Notes: generated from the sequence alone by a model not told the origin. 63,780 nt of DNA, filler included, from Phoronis australis (GCA_002633005.1; 5 parts of 5 records of this genome joined end to end with filler, not necessarily neighbours in it); one strand, 5' to 3'; positions 36,821-50,661 are shown, counted from the whole stretch's first letter. Translations and numbers: made by a program.

Positions 36821-38044
36821 GTGCGTGTTCCGTTGGTTCAGTAGTAGTGTTCGTATCTATTTCAGAATCCTAGAAATTTAGCAGGAATCTTTAATACTGG
36901 AATTACTCCCACCAAGCTGTTGTGTAACCGTGGGAACAAGAATCACAGTGAATTTGCTAGTCCCTATTAAGAGGCATTGAAAATGCTCTAGTCAGACATC
37001 TGTGTCACTCGTAAGATCTGTTTGACAATTAAATAAAGTACCCTTGGAACATAGGCTATAACACTGCTATTGGTTAGGAGCAGTCTGACTTGGAATTTTA
37101 ATTGAGTGAGCAAGCCGTGAACTCCTGAATAATTTTTCCCTGTTTCAGTCTTGTGAAGTTTGGTCGGACTCAGAATCCCAGTAAATATGTGTCCAAATGC
37201 AACATTTTGCTTTGTAAAGTTGGTCTGAAACAATACTGGTATTATTTTGAGCAATTTTCTCATGGAAATGCTACTATTGTCTAGTTTGTCTTTTCTTGCA
37301 TCAATCTTACACTGTATTACTGTATTTGTCTAAGTTAAGGTTACATGTACCCCAATGTCACAAAAATACCACAAAACATCAGCGCTAGATATTGGAAAAT
37401 CCCAGACGTGATTTCTGAGCATTTTCATTCAATGTTTTAATGCTGAAAAATTTGGTTACTAAGTGCTGTTGTAAAGACTTTTTCCCTATTGATGTACCTT
37501 TCAAAAATGACATTTTTCCCAAAAACGCATGGTCACATGACCTCGAGAATGGTACATAGATGTAAATGACATCATTAGATTTGTCTTAATTCCTAGTTTC
37601 AGAAAATGTACGCTTTTATGAATTGATAGTCGCTAGCTACGCAGATATTTCTAGAAGAAGGCAAGATATTAATTAAGAGCATCTTTAGGCTTGACACCCA
37701 TGACATTTGCGTTGAGAAACTCGCAATTTATGGGGTGGGTGTTGATCCAATGATGTACTTTTAGATATGTTACTCAGTTCAGAATTTCTGTTTGCTGTGT
37801 CTCGTGTTTTAGGTTTTTACAGCCGTGTATGTGTGTGGCGATTTGTTTTTGATTGGTTGTTTGTTAAAGCCTGACATCTTGTGGTCTTCACACTGGATGC
37901 TCTGATGTGAGTGGACTTAGTGTGGCCGGCATGTAGCTACCAGATAGCTGACAAATTTCCTATCTGAACTTGATTATCACCTGAGCTACAAATGATTCAA
38001 ATGGTGTACTTTGTTTGACATTGAATATAGCTTTCCAAGGGAGA

Positions 38045-38144
38045 NNNNNNNNNNNNNNNNNNNNNNNNNNNNNNNNNNNNNNNNNNNNTTAATTAATTAA
38101 NNNNNNNNNNNNNNNNNNNNNNNNNNNNNNNNNNNNNNNNNNNN
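38045..38144. other. Artificial scaffold spacer N44-TTAATTAATTAA-N44
   Basis: Identical 100-bp structure; SPT6 exons stop here. Confidence 0.95.
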
Positions 38145-38702
38145 GGGGAGTGCACCTAGACGACTCCCGTAGAATTAGTGGCACAAAATCGACATTGGTG
38201 TCCAGCAGGAGGCCCTGTTATCTTCCACAAAGATTATCAGAAAATGGTAACGATTATCAGTTTCAGATTTCACAAGTCAGAATTTTCATTGTGTTTAAAA
38301 ACTAAGCGAGCCCAGATGTGTTAGGTCACCCCAGTTACATGAAGACGCGCAAGTGCATCACTGAGTTAACATCGAGTGTTTCAAAGGCTGTGGATGAGAA
38401 AGGTTTTAATTGTAAAAAACGGTTGGGTGAATTTGATGTTGGTAGCATTTGAAATTGCTTTCGCTTCCTAGACAGACCCTTCTACATATGTTAGTTAATC
38501 GTGTCACTGTACGAGTCGGCACATTCTCATTGTTTGCAGTTGGCCCAAACATGTAGAACCACAGTGGTCCCGAGTCCGATGCGCTTCTTAAACAATTCAG
38601 ATGACTACCAGAACGACGAATGGGGATCACGAGTCGATGAGAAACTACTCAATAGACATTTTACTATACCGTGATTGTCTTTGCAATCTAGTTTGGATAA
38701 TT

Positions 38703-40864
38703 GTGACCCAGCACCACAAAAATGAATCTTAAGTAGGGGTTTGTCATTTTTGTGATCATTTTTTTCTGAAAATACAGTGTTTCCTAATCATTTTGATGTA
38801 TGAAACATGTCCTTATCTTAACAAATGGCCGAGATATTGCCATTTCTAGTCCGGAAAAGCAAAAATTTTGAGCTTACAAAAGCTTAAGAAAATGGCTGAG
38901 AAAAAGTGATATTTGTGTCTTTAAAATTTCCATAGCAACCTGCAACTGAGTGTTACATTTTAGACTTATTATTTTACAAAACAACATACACAAATAAAAT
39001 TAATCAAAAACTGGAAAAAATATTGACATTATTACATAATTGCGACCATTTTGCCAAAATGGCCACCATTCAATGAAAATGCATTGCCAGTGGCCACCAG
39101 GAAAATGAAAGTGATTCATGCTTAGAAAAAGGGAGTTTTTTAAAAAAGAGCTGAAACTAATTACAAGAAAGCAAATTTAAAAATTAATTGAATTAAGAAA
39201 TGTATGTTTTTTCTTTTTAAAATGTGTTGCTATGGCAACTCATAATTCAAAATGGCCGCTATAAAACTTAAATGAATATATAAATGAAGTTAACCAATTG
39301 CCAGTTACTACTATTCATAGGCATGTTAATCTTGTCAAGAATGAGGAACTGTTGAAGCATAGAGTATAATCACATGTTGTCATGGTGAATAATTCAAGAC
39401 GACTGCCATCGAAGTTTAATGACTATTCGAACAAGGGTTTTCGGGTGATTTATAAGCAACTGTAAATCTGAAAACGAAACATGAACACCAAACGTGCGAC
39501 ACGACAATAACACTAAGTAAGGTCCATTGACTAAACACTGGCATAAAGTAAGTCCCTTAATTCGAAATTTAACAAATAACTACTTTCGAGTTTTAAAGAT
39601 GCCCAAAATCATGAAATCTTTTGCATTTTAAAAATAAAAATTACAGTGCTCCATTAGAATTGGTTTGACTAAATTCGTTCGACTAAATTGATTTATACTG
39701 TTTCAAGTAACTAACTTGTCTCTAGCATGACCCAAGGTCTCAAAAATGTAATTTCATTTTCATGGAACAGGCCCCCAAAAAGCAGTGATATTCATGTTGG
39801 GCTAGTCGAATAAAATTCCCAGCCAGTGCAAACTGGATCAGTCCACTTGTGGCAGAAGGGGTTACCGCAAGTAAAACAAGGTAGTTAAAGTATCATTTGG
39901 CGAAGTTTAATAAAATAAAATCAAGGAGATTACAAAATAAACATTAGTGGCTTATTTTTGTTCACTGAAATTCAAAATTATACGTTAGTATCAATAATTT
40001 TGAAAATAAATGACAATGACTCATCCCTATCCATGTCCGTCACTGGTCACAACTGCAGAGCAACGATGTCCTCGTCATCAAATTGCGTGACACAGCCCCG
40101 TCAAAGATCATTTTCTCTAGCAGTAGCTTTCAGTTGCTTGCACCTAGATCCGTAGGCTTTGCAGGGACGAAACATTGTTCTGCGAGTAAGCTAATCCGGA
40201 CTGTTTTCTTCAAGTTCTGCTTGTTCCAATGTAACCCGCGTGTTCACGATGGGTCGATCATCAAACTCATGACGCGATGAGTTGCTGTTGTCAGACAACA
40301 ATGCGTCGCTGTCACTGAATTCGTCCTCGTTGCCATACGCAAAGTATTCTTCAACGAGTTCAGTGAATTCTTGATGATATTCATATGGCAGTCCGTGGCA
40401 AAAGTTAATCAGATATCAACTACATGGCCATCAGCCATCTTACTATCTTGTCAACATGCTGTGACCTCGCGACCCCTCAATTTCACGCCCACATGACTAG
40501 TTCCAGCAAATGAGGTCAGCGATTTATTAGGTTAAAAGGTCGCATAATAAGCAGTTTGACCTTTCTCTTGAAATGTTTATGAGTGAACTGGGTTATCGGG
40601 TGCCTGAACCATGCTGTCATGAATATTGGCAAATTTTGATGAAAATTTCACCAGCTATGTGGTCGTGGAGAAGGTGATGTTTTTCAAAATGAAATAAATA
40701 AGGTTTAAAATGAAGTTTGCTTGTTTTAAAACCATGTTTTGTGAAGTAGAATCAATAAATAATCCTAGTCTGCAATAAAAAAATGTCAACATAATTTTCA
40801 CCAAAAGCGACTGCAGTCTAGTCAGGAAATGCGATTCGCGACTCATTTTGTCGTGCTGGGTCAC
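38703..40864 (-). mobile_element. Non-autonomous Sola-like (Sola1-type) DNA transposon
   Basis: TIRs GTGACCCAGCAC(C/G)ACAAAA; AATT 4-bp TSD on both sides (38699-38702, 40865-40868); decayed minus-strand coding remnant at ~40020-40400 (...GCVTQFDDEDIVALQL..TDMDRDE). Confidence 0.7.
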
Positions 40865-43448
40865 AATTGTTCATTTGACGTTTTCATGTTGAAACTGAAT
40901 TTTCAGTTAAGATGGAAATAAACGTGTAAGAGTTAACTTGCATTTCGGTTTGTAACCAGCAGACAATGCATGGATATGTTTAACAAATACAAATATTATG
41001 CTATGTTCTTCTCATCGTTCATCACTTTCTTCATTGAACTCGTTCCCACATCCATTACTGTTACATTTAACGCAAAATTTGTTAAAATTGAGAAAGCGCA
41101 TGTTTTGATGGTCGGGAACACTCTTTGTGTGTCGAACACGCAAGTCCAGCTTTTTATTGGGAAACCACATTAAAAAAAGGCATTTATCGGGGTGCTCTTT
41201 GTGCATCGACAACGCAAACTCAACATTTTTTATTGAGAAAACGTAATTTTACAAAAATCAGTTGTCTGCAACGTATCAGGTGCGTGAACAACGCAAACCA
41301 GACGCACTCATTGGAAAGCCTATATTTGTCACCAGGGACATTTTTTTCACAACACAGCCTGATATTTCAAATGAGATAGCGCATTTTTGAAAAGATTCAG
41401 TCACTTGCCTAGAATGGTTTTTGAGCATCGGCAATGCAAGCCAAATATTTCATAATTATTGAGAAAGCACATTTTTGAAAAGAAGAACCAACACTTGTCA
41501 GGAACGGTCTTTGTGCGTCGACAAGGCACATTTCCTAGTGGAAAAGCTAGTTTTTCAAAAAATTAATCGCGCAGACCGTTTGAGTCTCATTGACCTTCCA
41601 TTTAACTGGTACCAAATGACCGAGCCATGAGCAATGTTGATACTACGACCGCTCATCGAAATAATGTACACCCACGAAATTCGGACACGAGCTGAAACCC
41701 AAATTTGGAGGTCCGCCAAATTCAGACACCACAAAAATGATGTTTCGCGAGATTCGTCCAAGAATGAATTTTTTCTATTGGAATTAATTTTGAGTGTCCG
41801 AAAATCGCATGACTTTACCGTAGTTCGATGCCCGTTAACCACCGAAGCCAGTATGAATGGTTTAGTTAACTTCATAGTTTACATTCAGTGCTCCGCTCAG
41901 ACCAAAGTTAACTCAGTATGTAAAGGCCTTTACACTCAGCAGAAGCAATGTTACAAATTGCAGTGTTCTAAGTGTGATGAATTTCAAAACATATCAACAA
42001 TCAACACAATGTAGCATTGACTATACAAATGCTGAAATGTTAGCTCATGACCATACTAGCATATCACTTAACTGGAACATGTGAGTCATTGCCGATTCGT
42101 GAACAAAAGGTCAAAGGCTTGGTAAATTATAATGAAAACAATAACACAGCTACACCTGTGGTCTTGTTTTTACTGTTGGAAAAAGTTAATGAGATGCTGT
42201 AACTGCTGTTAACCATCCATTAGTTATATATAATACATTACCAATAACACTATGCTGAAATCAAACAAACCATCTGGCATGTCAATATGAATATTCTTGC
42301 TAAAAGTTTTGCTGTTTCGTTTCTGTTATTGAAATATCTTTTGTTCAAACTATCACAACGTCCACAGCACAAACACTTACTGTCAGGGAAGATCTCCAGC
42401 AGTTCTTCATCAGTGTATTTCCTCCTGTAACAAATATCAATTGTTCCTCAAATACTAGGTTCACATGCCTGGTGAAAAAGCTGGCAGTTTCACAAACGAG
42501 CTGTCTGCAAAGGGATTATTTTCACCACCAGTTAATTTGTTTTGTCACCTTCCACATTGCTTTTAAGCAAAGTTGATGCCAAAACACGTTCGCTCTCAGT
42601 AATTTTTTTTTATACATTTATAGTCCAGACAACATCACAAAGCCAGACTAAGATTGGGAGCTTCAGATCCAGCTTTTACAAAGTATATTTTTATATTAAA
42701 CAATTTATATGTGTAAAGGCAATGAAATGTAACTGAACTTCATATTCTCATCAATAAACTTATTACTGTAAGCGATATTTATCATAATTTGCTTGATGCG
42801 CTTACACTCAGTGTAAAAGGTTTCCCAATCTCAGCAAGCAGAATATGCTCTTTTCAGGAAGCTCATCAAAACAGAGACCTAAAATGGGAACTATCCATTA
42901 CTCACAAAGCAGACAACTTCAAAACAAATGTCACATGACAACAACATATGTGTTCGTCCAGACATTTTTCTCATGTTGCCGATCATACATGTAGATGGCA
43001 CGATGTACTAGCACAGATTTGTACTTAAACCTGCCGTGATCCCGACTCCATGGGAACTTAAAAATCTTAGGGACGCTACTTGGAAAACTTAAGGAGGATT
43101 TCAGGTAATTTGCTCGAGTCTAAACTATATTTTTATTCAAGCATTCAAGTCGCCATAACGATGATTGCGAGGCAGGCAGTCGGCGAGTTTTCGCCCTGGG
43201 ATTTCAGCACAATTTTCCGTAAAATGATCATAATTTAGCAGCAGAGTTTGATAGCACTGCACCACGGTTTTGTAGAAAGTCTTTCATAGATTACAGATAC
43301 GTCACAGAGCGTAAATATGATGAATCTTAGCTTCCGGTTTCACCCGTTTCGGAGACCGGGTTTCAATGGCCTTGGGTTATAATAAGCGCCCCCCTTGAAA
43401 CGAACTTCTCTAAGCGCCATGGGCGGTTATTACGGCGAATACGGTAAT

Positions 43449-43887
43449 AATGTTAAGAGCGTTAAACCAGAAGATTGCCTTTCATTAATTATATATTACC
43501 AAAACCATAAAACTAAAGATCTTGTGGTTAAAAAAAAATATGTGCACAAAGTCAGTCCAAATGCTGACCGAAACTGACATGATTTATCAGTTCAACTGCC
43601 CTCAGAACGAATGTATTCGTTCTTTAAACACTGATTGCTCAAGATATGTTGGCTACATAACTTGCACTTTATCTCGCCAGTTATCTATGCATTTGCAAAA
43701 TTTATCCATTAAAGATCACATTCAACCAATGCACAAAAAGAAAATGTCCCATTCAGATATTGTTGACAATACTATTGTCCAGTATTTCAAACAGGATATC
43801 TTTCGTTTGAAAATTCTTGAAGCTTTAATAATAAAAACTGAAAGTACTGACATAAATTCCCAATATACTGGGTTCCATGTCAGATAG
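43449..43887 (+). mobile_element. Penelope-like retroelement 3' fragment (GIY-YIG endonuclease), frameshifted
   Basis: LIIYYQNHKTKDLV / MIYQFNCPQNEC...YVGYITCTLSRQLSMHLQ..SIKDH...RLKILEALIIK....INSQ. Confidence 0.75.
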
Positions 43888-44820
43888 AGAGGCAGATGTC
43901 AAAAATGAACTCCAAAAGATTTTAAATGGGCACCAGATGGTGAAAAAAGTCAATTCCATCTGAAAATGTGAAGGCATTGTCACCTCCTTAATAGAAACCT
44001 ATTTGCCGAATTTCATGAAAATATATTAAAGAACAACTTTAAGATACAGAGAAGCGCTTCCCATTTAAAAAGGGATTTTCTCACTTTGTCCTAACAAATT
44101 TAATGAATACAGACAAATAACAACATTTTGACTTTAAATTCAATTTGTAATTGATCAATATCCACTCCTTGATGCATTTGAGGCAAATGTTAAAAGCCAC
44201 TTTGCTACTAGGAGGTACAGCAACATTCATATTAGTTAAGACACTCCTTCGTGTTTGTCGTCAGCTCCATATGAACACATTTGTCAAATTCCACAAAGCT
44301 CCTTCAAACGATTAAGGAGATTCGGCCGCAGACACAAAGAAAATTAAACAAAATTGCCACTAGGGGGCAATGCAATAACAGGACCTGTCATCAGACACAC
44401 CTCTGCAAACTGTCACAATGATCATTTCAGCAATTTGGCAGATACCGAAGCAGATGCCATAAAATGGACTCAAAAGTAACAAAAATGGTCACAATATGGC
44501 GCAAAATACGTAAAATCCTTCCAAAAATAGAATGTCATTGTTGTCTCCTTAATAAATTTGATGAAAATCCATCATGGAGCTCTAAAGATAGAGGCAAAAG
44601 TAAAATTGTCACTAGGGAGCACAGCGGTAGTCAGATTGGTCCAAAATTTGTTGTCATCTGTCGTCAGCTTTATAAGAATTTCAACGATCACGCAAGAGGT
44701 TTAGGAGATACAGCAGTGGACACCGGATGACGGATGCCCAGACAGAGATGCTCACATTAAGCACCTACACATAAATATGTGGGCACATACAAAAAATAAG
44801 CTAATATCACTNNNNNNNNN

Positions 44821-46058
44821 AAAAACTTCTCCATATCCGATGCTTTCTATACTCTTTTGAAACTTTACCAGACGGTTCCTTCCCAAGTCAACTCGCACCC
44901 AAGCCATGTACCAATTTTCACAAATAACAGCAACATTAGGTACATAGGCATGAAAGCAATGACTTACACAAACTAAACCTGGTTAGAAAAACGTGTGTAC
45001 ATTGCTCTGGGTCCAAGTTGACTTGGCCCTAGAGTATGAAAATGAAGTGACCTGTTTTATAACCCATGGAATTCCCTCCAGCCCCCAGGTACGAAAGTCT
45101 AAGTTGCAAAATTGCAATTCTTTTTTCCTCTTGTTTACACTACACAATTGAGTATTGGGAGGTGGTTCTCATTCTTTCCCATGCATACATTTATTCACTC
45201 ACTAGTAAGACGGAGCTCAGAGGAGTAGGAGACAACTTCGTACAATGCCCAATTGTCTGCCAGTGAAAGCCAGGATTCTAACCCAAGTCTCCCACACAGG
45301 AGTCCGGGGCCCAAACCAATGCGCCACTGTCTACAAATAATCAAAGACCACACATTGTTGAGTGATTTGCGTAAGTGCAACGAGTCCCATTTTTTATCAC
45401 TGAAACTGGTACTTATCCACGGCTAAAAAATGATTCATAAGTGGGGACGAGAGCGCCTGGGAGTGACCGGTAAAGCTACTTAACTTAAAATTAAAAAAGA
45501 CCAAGTAGTAATTCGCGGTAGTGTGATGCATATTTATAATATTCTTACCAGTCACTAGCATTCTGTCGCAACTCCTGCGCACCTTCTGCCCGTTGATATT
45601 CACTGCACGAACCGGCTGGGGCTGGATCGTCGACAACCGTAGCATGGGGATCGAGGGAAAACGGTTCTACTAGAGAAAAGGTGTGAGCACAAATTGTTCC
45701 TATGGGGTCTGTCGCCTCCTCCTCCACATCCGAAACGTCAGAATCGTCTGAAAACTCCACCTGACCCTCCCTGTATCTTTCAAAATATTCTTCATCTACG
45801 CTGCTGTACTCACTGGGATCCATATTGTGTTCTTTGTATTCCCCAACACCACGTCACAGATGTGTAACGAAGGAAAATGGCGCCGTTTCTATTTTCCGTT
45901 ACAACAATGGCGTTACAACGCCACGGCAACAAATATGTAAATAACTTTTTATAGCGACGTACAATTCAGTTAATGTTAAGAATATAGCAAGAATAATTAT
46001 AAACACGAATTTAGAGCATATTGTTGTTCAGATTGGTTGAGACCTTGCAATTTACACT
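44821..46058 (-). mobile_element. Terminal part of a Kolobok-like transposon inserted at TTAA
   Basis: Ends ...TTTACACT|TTAA (AG terminus on the minus strand) exactly where the other copy has an empty CC|TTAA site; carries the KolX-like exon listed next. Confidence 0.65.
45549..45823 (-). CDS. First exon of a KolX / P2X7-ballast-like (Zn-binding) protein of the Kolobok-like element
   Basis: Acidic MDPSEYSSVDEE...VEPFSLDP...LRQNASDW ending at a TG|GTAAGA donor; matches the PY.FEP...R..N..W lead-in that precedes the C.CG.C motif in this family. Confidence 0.5.
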
Positions 46059-46994
46059 TTAATAGAAACCTATTTGCCGAATTTCATGAAAATATATTAA
46101 AGAACAACTTTAAGATACAGAGAAGCGCTTCCCATTTAAATAGGGATTTTCTCACTTTGTCCTAACAAATTTAATGAATACAGACAAATAACAACATTTT
46201 GACTTTAAATTCAATTTGTAATTGGTCAATATCCACTCCTTGATGCATTTGAGGCAAATGTTAAAAGCCACTTTGCTACTAGGAGGTACAGCAACATTCA
46301 TATTAGTTAAGACACTCGTTCGTGTTTGTCATCAGCTCCATATGAACACATTTGTCAAATTCCACAAAGCTCCTTCAAACGATTAAGGAGATTCGGCCGC
46401 AGACACAAAGAAAATTAAACAAAATTGCCACTAGGGGGCAATGCAATAACAGGACCTGTCATCAGAAACACATCTGCAAACTGTCACAATGATCATTTCA
46501 GCAATTTGGCAGATACCGAAGCAGATGCCATAAAATGGACTCAAAAGTAACAAAAATGGTCACAATATGGCGCAACATACGTAAAATCCTTCCAAAAATA
46601 GAATGTCATTGTTGTCTCCTTAATAAATTTGATGAAAATCCATCATGGAGCTCTAAAGATAGAGGCAAAAGTAAAATTGTCACTAGGGAGCACAGCGGTA
46701 GTCAGATTGGTCCAAAATTTGTTGTCATCTGTCGTCAGCTTTATAAGAATTTCAACGATCACGCAAGAGGTTTAGGAGATACAGCAGTGGACACCGGATG
46801 ACGGATGCCCAGACAGAGATGCTCACATTAAGCACCTACACATAAATATGTGGGCACATACAAAAAATAAGCTAATATCACTTAGCATGAAGCACGTTTA
46901 ACGGCTGCAATGAATTTTATGCCAGCCCTAGACCTTGACTACCGCAATGCCGAGGAATGCTAAATAAAAAGATCCTAGACCAGACAGACCCAGG

Positions 46995-47662
46995 CAGGGC
47001 TTCATCTAGGATTTCCAACATAGGGTGTCCAAAATGGGGTTCCCAATATTCCAGGGCGTCCATGATTCCAACACGGCATTACACCCCCNNNNNNNNNNNN
47101 NNNNNNNNNNNNNNTGGTTTATATTTTGACAACAGGTGTCACTGCTGCTCCATTTTAGACGCACATAGAAAAGCATGAAACAGGCGAAAACTCAAACATT
47201 TTAAATGGGGATATTCTTGCGGCACATCATATTATTAAAATAATGACATTTATTTTGCTTTTGGTATTTTTAAAAAAAGATGAAGTACATGAAATTACAG
47301 CTCTGAAACACCAGTTTGGAGTTAAGCAAGGTCCATGTCCCTATATAAATTACAGAATAGCAGTGGCATGTGAGTCTATTGAAAGCAGACAGTGCTAATG
47401 ATTGACAGGTCTACCAAATAGTTTGAAGTTTGAATATTGCAACATTTTAAATACTTTGTATATTTCTTTCCCAGTTGAAAGGGCCAACTTCCAGCTTTGA
47501 TTAACTGGGAGTCTTAGTAATCTTTCAATGTGGGTGTCCAAACTGGAGAAATTCTGATTGACAGGGCGTCCAAATGATACATTGGGCGTCCTTGCCAGGG
47601 TGTCTACATTAGTGCTAGGGCGTCCAAATGGACGCCCAGGACGTACGCTGCATGAAGGCCTG
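46995..47662. mobile_element. hAT-type MITE
   Basis: CAGGGCTTCAT / ATGAAGGCCTG TIRs; perfect 8-bp TSD GACCCAGG (46987-46994, 47663-47670). Confidence 0.85.
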
Positions 47663-48542
47663 GACCCAGGCACCCTGGACCATGTACCGAAATGAACAAA
47701 TAATCATTCCCACCCTAGTGCTTACACAGATCCTTCATCAGACAATCCAAGTGGATCTTCATTCTCCTTCAAAATGACGGGTGACATGGGTCGGTTGCGT
47801 GTCAACATGGCACTGATCGTTTTTGATTCGTCAACCCAAACAGCTGACTCTTGGCAGGGGCCTAAAACAAAGATTGAAACCAAGTGAAAACAAAAGCCGC
47901 CAAGAATAATAATCCCAAGGAATAAATAATTGACAACACCACATCCAGAGCAGAACTCCTGTACAGCACAAATTTTGTGACGTACCACTCATAAGAAGTT
48001 TCCAAGTGGTTGTATTTAACAAAACCAGATTTAAGACCTGGTCATCCTAAACCTGGTCTAACCAAACTTTCTACATTCTATAAAATTGTCCACCATTCCC
48101 ATTCCCTACTTGTATCCCTTCATTAGTACCCCTACATGTAAATGCCATAATATATACTTCATGACACCTCACTGTCGCACCTGCAAAATTCCTTCTTCCC
48201 CTCTACGACAGTCTCTGGAACAACTTACCTGCCCACATCATTGGTGCTGCCTCTCTGGATCAGAAACCCTCCTCTCATATTAGTCATCATTGCACTTCAT
48301 GCACATTGCACTGCACCCTCACACTACACTCTTGTACATTACACATCTCACCGCTGCACTTTTAATTTTGTGACATGCACCACTTAAGAATGGATAGTTC
48401 TAAACCCCCTTGATCCCGACATCCCTTGACCTCCTTGACTCACAACCCTCTCGACCCACAACCCTCTCGACCCATTACCTACATTACCCAAGGCCAGGTT
48501 CAGCTTCATCAGGTTATAGACTCAATTTCGACTTCTTTGGGA

Positions 48543-49539
48543 TAGGTGGATTTAGGGGAGGGGGGGTAGGGGATCCGGCCTCCCCTTGGCTGCCAGAAAA
48601 AAATAACACAGCAAGAGAGTAGGGAAATGTTGAGTTTATTAATCAACCCCAGTAATAAAGTTAAACATTATACGGCGGAAACAAGATTTTAATGTGTGCA
48701 GTTTTAGTGTGTGGGGGGGGGGCTCAGATCGAATTTCAAGTGTCAAATTCAAAACACGGCTCAATCGTAACGAAACAATGGCTAAGTATAGGCTCTCCCG
48801 CGATATCCCAAGCGACCGGCAGTGGCGATGCGCACTACGACTCCGTTTCTGTCCTCTGTTTAACTGTGCAATGAAGAAAATTACTTCATTTTAAAAAAAA
48901 ATGGAATCTGAGTGACGATGAAAAAACAGAAGCCGCTGGTAAGATGTGAATTTTAATCGAAGCCTCAGTGAATCACTCAGAAACTCATAATTATCTCTTT
49001 GTCAAAACTTAACTTAAGACAATTTCCAAAGCAATACCGTCATTATTGCCAACACAAAAAACGGATTTGGTCTTTTGGGCAATTGAAGACTATTTTAAAT
49101 ACAACAAATTTGTTACGCACTGATTGCACAAAGTATAAAAAGTGTAATAAGCATTACAAAAAGAAATAGGTTTCGTGCGTAAACACTGTGGACCATAAAC
49201 AAGTAGGTCTCTCATTATCAACTTTTGAGTGAAGTCGTGGTGGTGTAGTGGTAAAGTACGCTCGCTCTATCCGCCAGTATCTATCCGTGAGTTCGATTCT
49301 GTGATATTCATAGTTTTTCATGTTTGACACATTCGCCGTTTTTTTTCCTTTTTCTTTGCCTTTTTTTTCTTGGATAATACTTCAGGAATCAAGGAAAATG
49401 CTTGATTTTTAGAGGAAAAAACAGAAAAATTTTCCGACCTCTCCCCATTTGGTGCTATGCGCATCTAATCGTGCTTTGCCCAAATGTTTTCAGACAACAT
49501 GTTGGGCCCACCCCCCCGTAATATCGTAGATCCGCCACT
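48543..49539. mobile_element. Putative MITE with GGCGGATCT-type termini, containing a tRNA-like segment
   Basis: Left GGTGGATTTAGGGG, right CCCCCC..TAGATCCGCCACT; similar ends at 11528-11750. No TSD found. Confidence 0.4.
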
Positions 49540-50661
49540 CTACAGTTGTACAAACCGGCACAATTAAAGTAGACAGCCACACGTTTCAAAAGCACCATCA
49601 TGTAAACGAACTAGGAACAATGCAACTTTTCTCACAGAAACGGTAGATGTACCTACGAAGCACCGAAAACAGTCCGATACTCCTTTCGTCCCATAGCAGG
49701 ACAGAAACGCTGACAATGGACAGGAATTACAAAATATTTTGCAGTTTGACGGATAAGAGCCAACTACAGCTGTCTGGGAAAGTTGGCATGCGAGCTTCCA
49801 CACGCTCTGTCTGCACAAGACCGGCTGTGTGGAGCCAGAAGGTACACTAATGTGTTTGTCCGCTGTAACAATGTCTCGTGCAACAAAGTTCAAAATTTGT
49901 ATTACACCAGGACGTGGACTGTGCAGCACTGAATTAAGTGGGGGGCTACAGCCCCCAATCCCCTATGGTGCCCGCCCATGCAAGATTATTTTTCAAAAGG
50001 AGAAAAATGCATTAAACGTCTTTAATGACAGTCCCATACATGACATTGAATAACTACAATAAAAAGACAAAATTGACGACAATGAAGCAGGAATCATTAT
50101 GAAATGCTAAATGGTCAACTAAGAATTACACTGATTTTATCTTAGACAACACTTGTTCAGAGCTTTTTCATAAAAGCGTATGTGAATGTGCTTTGCATTT
50201 GCTTTAATTTTTGCAAAAATTTGGCCGGCCAATGAACGTCAACCTCTCAGTTCAACCACGTGACGGCAGTTAAGTCTGAACTCAGCGACATAATAAGATT
50301 ATGACATATACAAAAGCGCAAAAATACCTCTACTGAAACAGGTAATGGGTCGAGGGAGTCGTGGGCAGAGTTGGTTGTGGGTTGATGGGGTTTTAGAACA
50401 ATTCCTTCACAATCCTCGACTTGGAGTGTAAAGTGCTTCAAGATGGATAGATAGAATTTTAGACCTGAACTGCATTTGTTAGACCAGGGAGCAAGTTCAG
50501 TAAAACCAGGTTTAAAGTATCCAAGGCAACCCACTAAGTCGAGCTGGATTAACTATTGAATTCCTTCGATAAAACTGTGATCACATGAGTTTCAATGACA
50601 ACACACAGTTGTAGGTAGAATCAGTGCAGAATTATTTCCTGGTGGTTCTGTCATCAATAAA

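Larger units (their letters stand above)
43988..46882. repeat. 824-bp direct duplication (43988-44811 and 46059-46882) of a HINE-like segment; probable allelic pair
   Basis: Near-identical copies at a fixed offset of 2071, both starting at TTAA; copy 1 ends at a 9-N gap. Both contain a minus-strand HINE-type end (TGTGCCCAC..GTAGGTGC). Confidence 0.88.

Noticed and set aside
42381-42424. Isolated minus-strand 44-nt exon-like segment (RKYTDEELLEIFPD) with good splice sites
   Set aside because: Neighbouring candidate exons have stops or phase conflicts; probably a decayed transposon gene, unassignable.
44464-46801. Duplicated 88-aa gene MDSKVTKMV...
   Set aside because: Chance ORF within a HINE-like repeat duplicated as a probable allele pair; no protein-like motif.
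49234-49305. Functional tRNA gene
   Set aside because: Acceptor, anticodon and T stems do not pair properly.
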